Below are positions 33,543 to 41,803 of a stretch of DNA of 47,411 nt, one piece after another; positions within the stretch are counted from its first letter, which is position 1, and every line of letters begins with the position of its first letter. The notes beneath the pieces were generated by a model. The model saw only the letters and a list, made by a program, of their open reading frames with translations. It did no database searches and had not been told where the DNA came from. The translations under genes and the position numbers were made by a program. This DNA comes from an uncultured Anaerolineae bacterium (GTDB taxonomy: Bacteria; Chloroflexota; Anaerolineae; Promineifilales; Promineifilaceae), in assembly GCA_937949915.1 (NCBI GenBank), contig CALECP010000146.1, forward strand, positions 1 through 47,411, read 5' to 3'.

Positions 33543-35702
33543 CTACACGTCCACCTCATCCAAAAAATAGGTGACAGTCACATCCCATGTCGCACCCGGA
33601 TCAAGCGTCACGAGCCACGACGAAAGTACGGCCGTTCCCTGGTAGTTCGCCTCATAGCCCGCTTCCGAATTGGTGACAGACTCGAACGGATGCCACCACA
33701 CATCGGCCGCCGCGCTCACCTTTTGCCAGATTTTTGATCGCACAGAGCTGATCGAACTCAACAAGCCAAACTCAACATTGCCAGCCACCTGCCCCGGTTG
33801 TCCCGGATATTGCCGTTCGCCAGCGGCCGTTTCCAACCCCTCAAAGTACGTCCAGGGGTCTTGTCCACCCTCTAGGCCATAATTGTTCTCTAGTCCGATG
33901 CGGTGAGAGATTGCATGGTCGCCATTATTCGTAACTGATAATTTCACTGTCAATTTACCTGAATCAATCGCCAGCTTAATCGTCTTGACCACGCGCACAG
34001 GCACACCTTTGATGTTGCCATCGCGCCACAGCTTGACCACGGCCGACTTCTTGTGCTGCTTCACATCAAACTGGAACGGCTGATTGACAAAATCGCCCTC
34101 TTCGCCATGTGTGCCTGCCCATGTCTCAAATGAGACGGCCGCATCGAGACAGCGCACTTGCAACGCCGCCCGACGATACCAGTCAGCCACCAGCTTATGC
34201 TCCAATCCGTATTCCCGCACCTTCACCGCGCCGCCATGCACATTCTCCACTTCGCCCTCGCCCGTCTCTAGCACGATTTTGCCAGCCGCGGCCGCATTGC
34301 GAATCTCTTGATGGTAGCCTTCTTCACGACGTGTCACCGTGTTCAAAATGTTGTACGGCGCATCGCGCAAATCCCACTCTGTCAGCGCACCGCCATTGCT
34401 TGGCTCGATCAGCAACCACTGCTTTCTATTAAACATGATCACATCTTTCGCGCCATTACACGTGAAGTCAGTTACCTCGGCCGCCAGATCAATGTGGGCA
34501 GTCGCGGCCGTCTCGGCCGCGATCAAATTGCGATAATTCGCCCCGCGAATATGGAACAAATACACACCGCCAAACAACCCATGCCAGTAGCCACAATTAC
34601 ATTGCGCCGCCCACACTTGCTCCAGCGCCGCGTCTTTCGCTGCCCCCTCCGGCATCTCGCGCACCAGGCGACTTGTGTACAGTGCCTTTTTCGTCATCTG
34701 GTTCACTTCCGCATATTTCGATTGGAAGCCGCGCCACAAACCACCTTTGACAAATTGCAAAATATCGTCGCGTCCCTGGTCTTGCAGGTCATGTTTCAAA
34801 TGGGTGATCGCCGCCACTTTTTCGGCCGGTAGCGCCCATTCCGTCATCTCGTCATAGCTGGCAGCAGGCATGTAGATTTGCCCTAGCGACGGCTGCGTTC
34901 GCGCATAATCAGCCAATGTGGTCGTCTCCAGCCAATCAGAATTTGCTTCCAATGCGCTAAAGAAATTCTCGATCCAGCCCCGCTCCCAGCAGTGTGGATA
35001 CGTGCGCGGCCACATGCCGAATTTCTCGCCGTCATCTCCCATCACCGCCACTTTCGTCGCGCCGACTCGTGCATTGGCAGGCGATTCCCGCTCCGCTTCT
35101 GACCGCAACCAGCCGATCACATTATCAACATCGACCCAGGGAATGCGGTAGCGTAGCTCTTTCGCCGTGCCAAAAATTTTGACCGGGTAGCCTTGCTCTT
35201 CGGTGATGTAGTAGCCAAACATGTCGTCGTCGTCCAGCCCCGCATAGCGGAAATGGGTGTCATCGACGATGGTGTAGCCAACCCCGGCCGTATTGAGAGC
35301 GCGTGGCAAATGGGGTTCCCAAATGCGCTCCGCCAGCCACGCACCAGTCGCGGCATAATCGAAGTTGTCGCGCACCGTTTTGGTCAGTTTTGTAATTTGA
35401 GCGTGTTTGTCAGAGTCGGACAGCGCAACAAGAATCGGCTCGTAGTAACCGCCTGTCATGATCTCGATCTGATTCCGAGCAACCAACGCAGACATGCGCT
35501 CGATGTACTCCGGCCGATTGGCAAATAGCCAGTCTAGCAACGGCCCCGTGTTGTGCATAGCCAGCCGCACACCGGGATGCCGCTCCAGTGCTTCCAGCAT
35601 CGGGAGATACGATTTGTTATACGCTTCTTCAAATACAAAGTCGAAATTGCCAACTGGCTGATGATTGTGTAATGCCAGGGCGAGATATATTTTTGCTGCC
35701 AT
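33543..35702 (-). CDS. Glycoside hydrolase family 57 alpha-glucan-active enzyme (amylase/4-alpha-glucanotransferase/branching type) with C-terminal beta-rich domain
   Basis: LALALHNHQPVGNF...MHNTGPLLDWL...GGYYEPIL...WLAERIWEP are GH57 conserved regions. 719 aa. Confidence 0.87.
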   Translation of the reverse strand: MAAKIYLALALHNHQPVGNFDFVFEEAYNKSYLPMLEALERHPGVRLAMHNTGPLLDWLFANRPEYIERMSALVARNQIEIMTGGYYEPILVALSDSDKHAQITKLTKTVRDNFDYAATGAWLAERIWEPHLPRALNTAGVGYTIVDDTHFRYAGLDDDDMFGYYITEEQGYPVKIFGTAKELRYRIPWVDVDNVIGWLRSEAERESPANARVGATKVAVMGDDGEKFGMWPRTYPHCWERGWIENFFSALEANSDWLETTTLADYARTQPSLGQIYMPAASYDEMTEWALPAEKVAAITHLKHDLQDQGRDDILQFVKGGLWRGFQSKYAEVNQMTKKALYTSRLVREMPEGAAKDAALEQVWAAQCNCGYWHGLFGGVYLFHIRGANYRNLIAAETAATAHIDLAAEVTDFTCNGAKDVIMFNRKQWLLIEPSNGGALTEWDLRDAPYNILNTVTRREEGYHQEIRNAAAAGKIVLETGEGEVENVHGGAVKVREYGLEHKLVADWYRRAALQVRCLDAAVSFETWAGTHGEEGDFVNQPFQFDVKQHKKSAVVKLWRDGNIKGVPVRVVKTIKLAIDSGKLTVKLSVTNNGDHAISHRIGLENNYGLEGGQDPWTYFEGLETAAGERQYPGQPGQVAGNVEFGLLSSISSVRSKIWQKVSAAADVWWHPFESVTNSEAGYEANYQGTAVLSSWLVTLDPGATWDVTVTYFLDEVDV

Positions 35703-35946
35703 ACGGGCCTCTACCTCTTCCGTTTAGTTTTTATCGGTTTGCAGACAAACAGTTTATTTATCTGCCCTTCTGATTCCATCACATTATCCAATGCGTTGAT
35801 ATTTCGGGATAATGCCGCCCAATTATACTTTAGTTCCCGCGAAGAGCTATTTTGAGGTAGTGAAGTTTATGGAGACGATTTCCGCCCCGGTCACAAAGCG
35901 ACCACAAGGGTGCGACTCTACGAAACACGGGGCTTTATTGATACAG

Positions 35947-36642
35947 TTACCAGGGCAATTCTGTGCCGTCGTAGTGGAAAAAACGGCCGGTTTGGGCAGG
36001 CGTAAGCGTGGTGATGAGCGTGACAAGATGCGCGGCCGACTCGCTAACAGTCAGCCTCGCGTTAGGGCCGCCCATATCTGACTGTACCCAACCGGGATGG
36101 ACACATACGGCCGTTACGCCGTCCGCTTGGTAAGCAATAGCCTGATTGCTGGTCAGCATATTGAGCGCGGTTTTAGAAACGCGATAGGCAACTGTCCCAC
36201 CGTTGTTTTGGGCGATGCTGGCCATAGTAGAACTGATATTTATAATGCGCTTACCCCGCCCTTGTACCAGCAATGGATAAAGCGATTTGGTAACAAGATG
36301 CACACCGCCCACATTGACATTAAAGGTGATGCTGAGGTCTGTAAAGTCGAGTTCATTGAGCGGCCGATTGCGGTCGATCAAGATACCGGCATTGTTGATC
36401 AGCATATCGAGTCGGCCGAAACTGTCTGCGATAAAGTCGTGCAGGTCGGCGCAATCGCTTTCGTCCGTCACATCGATCTTGAACGGATGCAAACGATCAT
36501 TGGCGGCCGCAAACAAAGATTGTGCGGACGCTTCTGACCGATAGCCAGCAATGACCGTATGCCCTTTTTCGAGTAACAATTGCACCATACCGAGACCAAT
36601 ACCACGATTACCACCACTGACAAAAACGATTGCTTGTTCCAT
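35947..36642 (-). CDS. Short-chain dehydrogenase/reductase (C-factor/CsgA-like SDR)
   Basis: Start at ATG 36642. VFVSGGNRGIGLG (TGxxxGxG variant), NNAG, YRVSKTALN (YxxxK). Confidence 0.88.
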   Translation of the reverse strand: MEQAIVFVSGGNRGIGLGMVQLLLEKGHTVIAGYRSEASAQSLFAAANDRLHPFKIDVTDESDCADLHDFIADSFGRLDMLINNAGILIDRNRPLNELDFTDLSITFNVNVGGVHLVTKSLYPLLVQGRGKRIINISSTMASIAQNNGGTVAYRVSKTALNMLTSNQAIAYQADGVTAVCVHPGWVQSDMGGPNARLTVSESAAHLVTLITTLTPAQTGRFFHYDGTELPW

Positions 36643-36698
36643 GTTTACACTCCAGCACAATTTTTAGCGTCTTTCTTTTGCTTTATAAGGCGGCCGAC

Positions 36699-37625
36699 TC
36701 AAAGGGTTGCCTCGATGCCGTGCGCGTCTGCGATTTTTTGCAGTTTATTTTTGCGTTCGCGCCATGTCACCTTCGACAAGCCCTGGCGCTGACGAATGGT
36801 GTCTTGGTTGATACCCGCTTTCAAATCTTGGATGGCGGCCGTCCAGCGCAAATTCTCAAATGAGAGCAATCCGGCCGGAAGTTCGGCCGCGTTGCCAATG
36901 TCGCGCAAAACATACTCCAGATTACGCGCCGTACAGGTAAACAGCGTATCGGCCGGTTCATATTGCGCCATATATTGATCGAAGACAGCCAGAAAATCGG
37001 CCGATAATGGCAAGTTGCGTTCCTTGTTCGCCATGTTCGGATTTGTGTATCGAATCAGCAATTGAGGATCATCTGCATCGCGCTCGACATGCCCCGGCCG
37101 GATCGCCATCGCCTCCCCTTTCTTGATGCCTGTGTTGATCAACAAGAGCAGCAGCATGTGCGGCCGTGCATCTCGTTTGCCTTTGTTCCCCTCTGTGCGC
37201 CACCGTTCTGTAACGGTCAATGCCTGCGCCAATTGTTGATCATTAGGAATAGTCGGCACCGGGCTGGTCACACTTTTTTGCACCACATTATCGGCCGGAT
37301 CGATCATCAGCACATCGATCTTGTTAAGCCATTTGAAAAACACCTTCAGCGTCGTCACCCGACGAGAATATGTTTTGTCACTACACGGCTTATCTCGCTC
37401 AAACTTCATCCAATACAAAAATTTGTTGAGATCATCCGTTGCAATCGCCCCAATCGCCGTCCCCCCTTCGATATATTGCATCAACAAACGCATATCGCTC
37501 ATAAACGCTTTGACAGAATGAATAGAAAATCCTTCATCCTTCATGTGTTGTTCAAAAATCGGTAACGCTGCTGCCAACGTGGTGTTGGAGTTGAAAATGA
37601 GGTTTGGTTGGGTACTTTTAGCCAT
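36699..37625 (-). CDS. Tyrosine-recombinase (phage-integrase) fold protein with apparently degenerate active site
   Basis: Start at ATG 37625 or 37637. It has an N-terminal SAM-like core-binding domain (FSIHSVKAFMSDMRLLMQYI...YSRRVTTLKVFFKWL). The C-terminal catalytic-domain scaffold is LLLLLINTGIKKGEAMAI...NKERNLPL...ENLRWTAAIQDL...GLSKVTW. The expected R, H, H/W and Y positions are substituted (see findings). Confidence 0.7.
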   Translation of the reverse strand: MAKSTQPNLIFNSNTTLAAALPIFEQHMKDEGFSIHSVKAFMSDMRLLMQYIEGGTAIGAIATDDLNKFLYWMKFERDKPCSDKTYSRRVTTLKVFFKWLNKIDVLMIDPADNVVQKSVTSPVPTIPNDQQLAQALTVTERWRTEGNKGKRDARPHMLLLLLINTGIKKGEAMAIRPGHVERDADDPQLLIRYTNPNMANKERNLPLSADFLAVFDQYMAQYEPADTLFTCTARNLEYVLRDIGNAAELPAGLLSFENLRWTAAIQDLKAGINQDTIRQRQGLSKVTWRERKNKLQKIADAHGIEATL

Positions 37626-37740
37626 TGTATCTCTCATGTTTTTGTGCCATGCAATTGTTTCGCATAGCTGACAGACAACAAGGTTAAAACATCTGTGCGG
37701 AATTGTCAAATAACGGAATGAAAAAGAACGAAAAAAGTGG

Positions 37741-37769
37741 TTGACAGTGATCTAGGCGTATGTTAACCT
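37741..37769 (+). promoter_or_regulatory. Candidate sigma-70 promoter for the leader ORF/ABC exporter operon
   Basis: TTGACA (37741-37746), 17-nt spacer, TAACCT (37764-37769). Confidence 0.45.
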
Positions 37770-37801
37770 GTCTGCATAACTGTTCTACGGAGTTAATCAC
37801 T

Positions 37802-37888
37802 ATGGAAGCAATGCGTACACGGTTCTACACCCCATTTGTAGGCGGCGATAATATCGCCGATAACGCCATGCTTCGCGCTGCTCCGTAA
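37802..37888 (+). CDS. 28-codon leader ORF (candidate attenuation leader peptide)
   Basis: GGAG lies 9 nt upstream. ATG 37802...TAA 37886-37888 encodes MEAMRTRFYTPFVGGDNIADNAMLRAAP. Codons 21-23 (CGCCATG, 37864-37870) are complementary to CATGGCG (37920-37926) in the first terminator. Confidence 0.45.
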   Translation: MEAMRTRFYTPFVGGDNIADNAMLRAAP

Positions 37889-37916
37889 TCCACAGTTAAT
37901 TTAACGTTTGGAAAAA

Positions 37917-37947
37917 GGTCATGGCGCGTTTGCCCATGACCTTTTTT
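37917..37947 (+). terminator. Attenuator terminator 1
   Basis: GGTCATGG (37917-37924) / CCATGACC (37934-37941) followed by TTTTTT (37942-37947), preceded by AAAAA. Confidence 0.72.
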
Positions 37948-37956
37948 GATCTCAAA

Positions 37957-37996
37957 GGCAGTCATGGGCGTTCCAGTCGCATGGCTGCCTTTTTTT
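37957..37996 (+). terminator. Attenuator terminator 2
   Basis: GGCAGTCATG (37957-37966) / CATGGCTGCC (37980-37989; one G-U pair) followed by TTTTTTT (37990-37996). Confidence 0.72.
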
Positions 37997-38067
37997 GTCA
38001 GATAAAGTGTGTGTATGTGGAACGATTGATCAGCCAATTAGATCAATTACCACCGGTATATGAGGAT

Positions 38068-39912
38068 ATGAAAGACAAACAAGAACGATTGATCGATCTG
38101 AGTGAAACGATGACCACCACCAAACGTGCGGCCGGATTGCTGCGCTTATTAGCCGGATATCGGCTGTATTATGCGGCCGCTATTTTGATCGTCGGGTTGG
38201 GCGCACTGGCACGATCTGGCATCTATTATTTACTCGCCTACTTCATCGACGATGTGCTGGTAAGCGACCAGATGGTACAGCTATTGCCCAGGGTCGCGGC
38301 CGGATTTGTGGTGCTGGCAGTGGTGCGCGGTCTGTTTCTGTTCATGGGCGGCCGGATGGCAGCGAGAGCGTCCGAAGAGATCGCACGGCGGCTGCGAAAT
38401 TACATGTACGATCATATTTTGCGCCTCTCCTTTAGCTATCATGATCGGCAGGAAACGGGCGAACTATTGCAGCGCGGCACATCAGACGTAGACACAGTAC
38501 GCAAGCTGTTTGCGGAACAAGCGATTGGCATCGGCCGGATCACGCTCATGTTTATCGTCAACTTTACAGCACTCGCCATTATCAATTTACAACTGGCGTT
38601 GGTGTGCGTCATCATTGTGCCGATTGTGATCATCACATCGATCCTGTTCTTTCGCTTGGCCAGCAAACGGTTCGAGCAGATGCAAGATCAAGATGCCAAG
38701 ATGACCAATCGCCTGCAAGAAGCCCTCAGCGGTGTGCGCGTGGTCAAGGCGTTTGCGCGGCAATCATTTGAGCGGGAACGCTTCACGCATGAGGCACGTG
38801 AACGGCGCAATCGCGGCACAGACCTGACAAAAATCCACGCAACATATTGGCCAAGTACCGATATTTTGTGCGGCTTGCAGCAGGTGGTGGGCTACTATGT
38901 GGGCGGCCGGATGGCGATAGCTGGCACACTAACACCGGGCGAATATATCGCCGCAATGGGCTTTGTGATCGCGTTGATTTGGCCGATTCGCAACCTCGGC
39001 CGCTTTATTGCCGATTCGAGCGCGGCCGTTGTCAGTTTCGGCCGGATCGCGTCCGTTGTGCAGGTGGCAAAAGAGCCAACCGATGTCGGCATTTACCCCG
39101 ATGGTGCGCCACACGGCCGCATCGTCTTCGACAATGTTTCGCTCGCCTACGAAGGAGAGACAAACAGTGTGCTGGACGCTATCAGCTTTACGGCCGAGCC
39201 GGGGCAAACGATTGCGCTGCTCGGTTCAACCGGGTCTGGCAAAAGTTCGCTCGTCAATTTGTTACCCCGCTTTTATGGGTACACGGGTGGCAGCATTACG
39301 CTAGACGGCATCGAACTCAATCAGATCGCGCCCGACTATTTACGAGAGCAAATCGGTGTGGTGATGCAAGAGCCATTTTTGTTTGTCGCCACCATCCGGG
39401 ACAACATCACCTATGGCGTAGACGATGACATCGACTCCAAACAAGTGATCGCATCCGCCTCGGCCGCGGCCGTTCATCACGTCATCGAGAGCTTCCCAAA
39501 AGGGTACGAAACGCTGGTGGGCGAAAAAGGGGTGACGCTATCGGGCGGACAAAAGCAGCGCACAACGATTGCCCGCACTTTGCTCCAGTCGCCCTCTATC
39601 TTGATCTTGGATGACGCGACAAGCGCGGTAGACACCGAGACAGATGCCCAGATTCGCAACGCGCTCAACAACGACGAGCATACTTGTACCACCTTTATCA
39701 TCGCCCATCGCATCCAAAGCGTGATGTCGGCCGATCTGATTTTGGTAATGGACAACGGCCGCATTATCGAGCGCGGCACACATAGCAAACTAATGGCAGA
39801 AGGCGGCACATATCGCCGCATTTACGATGTGCAAAGCGAGATGCTCGTAGGGACGCAAGATGTTGCAAAGACGCAAGATGTTGCGTCTCTACATTTTTCG
39901 GAGGCAGTATGA
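38068..39912 (+). CDS. Heterodimeric ABC exporter subunit 1 (TMD-NBD; degenerate Walker B Asp), BmrC/LmrC/TM287-like
   Basis: ORF-track start 37921 lies inside terminator 1. The likely start is ATG 38068 (MKDKQERL...) or 38110. Six-TM exporter domain. Walker A GSTGSGKSS, signature LSGGQKQR, Walker B ILILDDATSAVD (D instead of catalytic E), H-loop IAHR. Confidence 0.9.
   Translation: MKDKQERLIDLSETMTTTKRAAGLLRLLAGYRLYYAAAILIVGLGALARSGIYYLLAYFIDDVLVSDQMVQLLPRVAAGFVVLAVVRGLFLFMGGRMAARASEEIARRLRNYMYDHILRLSFSYHDRQETGELLQRGTSDVDTVRKLFAEQAIGIGRITLMFIVNFTALAIINLQLALVCVIIVPIVIITSILFFRLASKRFEQMQDQDAKMTNRLQEALSGVRVVKAFARQSFERERFTHEARERRNRGTDLTKIHATYWPSTDILCGLQQVVGYYVGGRMAIAGTLTPGEYIAAMGFVIALIWPIRNLGRFIADSSAAVVSFGRIASVVQVAKEPTDVGIYPDGAPHGRIVFDNVSLAYEGETNSVLDAISFTAEPGQTIALLGSTGSGKSSLVNLLPRFYGYTGGSITLDGIELNQIAPDYLREQIGVVMQEPFLFVATIRDNITYGVDDDIDSKQVIASASAAAVHHVIESFPKGYETLVGEKGVTLSGGQKQRTTIARTLLQSPSILILDDATSAVDTETDAQIRNALNNDEHTCTTFIIAHRIQSVMSADLILVMDNGRIIERGTHSKLMAEGGTYRRIYDVQSEMLVGTQDVAKTQDVASLHFSEAV
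39847..39892. repeat. GTAG-headed REP-like palindrome with an internal 18-nt tandem duplication, embedded in the 3' end of the ABC subunit-1 gene
   Basis: The arm GTAGGGACGCAA (39847-39858) pairs with TTGCGTCTCTAC (39881-39892); one position is a G-U wobble. Inside it, GACGCAAGATGTTGC occurs twice (39852-39866, 39870-39884), encoding TQDVAK/TQDVAS. The inner hairpin AGACGCAA-GATG-TTGCGTCT is followed by CTACATTTTT. Confidence 0.7.
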
Positions 39913-41720
39913 GTAACAATTATTTTGATGAAGAACAGTTCAACGAAACATGGAATGGCAGCATTTTGCTGCGAACGGCACGATTGAGCCTAGAACACTG
40001 GCATCTGGTGCTGGGGTTTGTTGTGGGCATTTCGGCCGTGTCGATTTTGGAGGCGTATCTCACCTACGTCGTCAAACGCATCATTGATGAAGGCGTGATC
40101 GCGGGTGATATTGCCGCCCTCAACGCGCTCTCATTGCAATATGCGCTGATCTGGATACCGTTCGCCTTTTTTGTGGTGCTGTTCATCTTGTCGGCCGGAT
40201 TTCTCGGTCACAATGTCGCCCTCAGCCTCCGCACGCGCATGTTCGACAAAATGCAAGAGCTAGAACTCGCCTACTACAATCGCACCCCCACCGGCTGGCT
40301 GCAAGCGCGTGCCACATCAGATGCAGGGCGCGTGGCTGACCTCGTTTCGTGGGGCTTTCTCGATATGCTGTGGGCGGTGGTCAATATCAGCGCATCGCTC
40401 ATTTTTATGGCGATCATCAATGTGCAGATGATGCTCATCGTGGCGCTGATCATCCCAGTTTTGGTGGTGATCGCGGTCTATTTCAAGCGACTGATCTTGA
40501 AAGAGTACCGCATTTCTCGGCGCATCAACTCGACCATCACCAGCGCGATCAGCGAAGGGATCGCGGGGGTGCGTGTCATCAAAGCGTTGGGGCGCGAACG
40601 GCGCAATTTAGACGTGTTCCAAGAAAAAACAGACGGCATGTTTGAGGCTAGTTTCAAGGCAGCGTGGTTGTCGAAGCTGTTTTTGCCGTTTGTACAATTG
40701 GTCGGTACGAGCGCGATTGCAGCGATTGTGTGGGTGGGTGGCTATCAGGTCAGCGATGGCACGATGACGATTGGCGGCATTCAGGCGTTTGTGGGCTATG
40801 TCACGTTTATGCTATGGCCGATTCAGCAGTTGGCAAGTGTATACGCCAGTATGCAGCAAGCGATTGCCTCGGCCGAACGGATATTCAGCCTCTTGGACAC
40901 CGAGCCGCAAATCGTCGATGCGGCCGATGCGCTGACCGTCCCCAGTTTGGTTGGCGAGATCGTGTTTGATGATGTCACATTTGCGTATGAAAACGGCGAA
41001 ACGGTGCTAGACAACTTCAATTTGCGTGTCGCACCGGGCGAGACGATTGCGCTTGTGGGGCCAACCGGCGCAGGTAAATCGACGATAGTCAATCTCGTCG
41101 CCCGCTTCTTTGAGCCAACCTCTGGCACTATCACAATGGCGGGACATGATTACACCGATTTGACGCTACACACCATCCAGTCGCGGCTGGGTATGGTGCT
41201 GCAAACGCCCCATTTGTTCTCTGGCACCATCATGGACAATATCCGCTATGGTGATCTCGATGCGACAGATGAGGAGGCGATAACGGCCGCCAAAATAGCA
41301 GGCGCTCACAGCTTCATCAGTGAGCTAGAAAACGGCTATGAGACGGAAGTGGGCGAAGGCGGTGTCTTGCTCTCAGTCGGGCAAAAGCAGTTGTTGAGTA
41401 TCGGCCGGGCGATCCTCGCCAACCCCGACATTTTCATCATGGATGAAGCGACCAGTTCGGTCGATACGCTGACAGAAGCGTTGATCCAGAAAGGCATGGA
41501 ACGGGTACTAGAAGGACGCACCAGCTTTGTGATCGCCCATCGTCTCAGCACCATTCGCAGTGCAGACCGCATTTTGGTGATCGACGATGGCAAGATCGCT
41601 GAAATTGGCAGCCACAGTGAACTGATTGGGCGGCGCGGTCATTATTACAGTCTCTATACGAAACAATTTGAGGAAAAAGCGGTGGAACGTAGCTGGGAAA
41701 TGGCGTTAAACGGGGTTTGA
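39909..41720 (+). CDS. Heterodimeric ABC exporter subunit 2 (TMD-NBD; degenerate signature motif), BmrD/LmrD/TM288-like
   Basis: The ATG overlaps the subunit-1 stop (ATGA). Walker A GPTGAGKST, signature LSVGQKQL (degenerate), Walker B IFIMDEATSSVD (canonical E), H-loop IAHR. Confidence 0.93.
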   Translation: MSNNYFDEEQFNETWNGSILLRTARLSLEHWHLVLGFVVGISAVSILEAYLTYVVKRIIDEGVIAGDIAALNALSLQYALIWIPFAFFVVLFILSAGFLGHNVALSLRTRMFDKMQELELAYYNRTPTGWLQARATSDAGRVADLVSWGFLDMLWAVVNISASLIFMAIINVQMMLIVALIIPVLVVIAVYFKRLILKEYRISRRINSTITSAISEGIAGVRVIKALGRERRNLDVFQEKTDGMFEASFKAAWLSKLFLPFVQLVGTSAIAAIVWVGGYQVSDGTMTIGGIQAFVGYVTFMLWPIQQLASVYASMQQAIASAERIFSLLDTEPQIVDAADALTVPSLVGEIVFDDVTFAYENGETVLDNFNLRVAPGETIALVGPTGAGKSTIVNLVARFFEPTSGTITMAGHDYTDLTLHTIQSRLGMVLQTPHLFSGTIMDNIRYGDLDATDEEAITAAKIAGAHSFISELENGYETEVGEGGVLLSVGQKQLLSIGRAILANPDIFIMDEATSSVDTLTEALIQKGMERVLEGRTSFVIAHRLSTIRSADRILVIDDGKIAEIGSHSELIGRRGHYYSLYTKQFEEKAVERSWEMALNGV

Positions 41721-41770
41721 GAACGAAGGCTTTCATCCCCTGAGCGCACATTATGCAACGGCGATGCAGA

Positions 41771-41798
41771 GTAGGTACATGGCAAGCCATGTACCTAC
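41771..41798. terminator. GTAG...CTAC perfect hairpin between convergent genes
   Basis: GTAGGTACATGG-CAAG-CCATGTACCTAC (12-bp stem). It lies between the ABC exporter stop (41720) and the CotH gene stop (41804). The T tract is weak (GTGTTTC). Confidence 0.5.
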
Positions 41799-41803
41799 GT
41801 GTT

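Noticed and set aside
36699-37709. The integrase-like gene as a marker of an active prophage or integrative island.
   Set aside because: No flanking direct repeats or tRNA target were found. Neighbouring genes are ordinary metabolic or transport genes. The gene has native CGGCCG density and appears catalytically degenerate.
37802-37888. The leader ORF as a double-glycine (FVGG|DN...) bacteriocin/RiPP precursor exported by the downstream ABC transporter.
   Set aside because: The transporters lack a C39 peptidase domain, no modification enzymes are nearby, and the ORF is embedded in attenuator pairing. A regulatory leader peptide is the simpler reading.
37921-38067. The ORF-track start of ABC exporter subunit 1 at 37921 (MARLPMTFFDLKGSHG...).
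   Set aside because: This stretch encodes two T-tract terminator hairpins and its translation has no exporter-like sequence. The TMD begins after the Met at 38068/38110.
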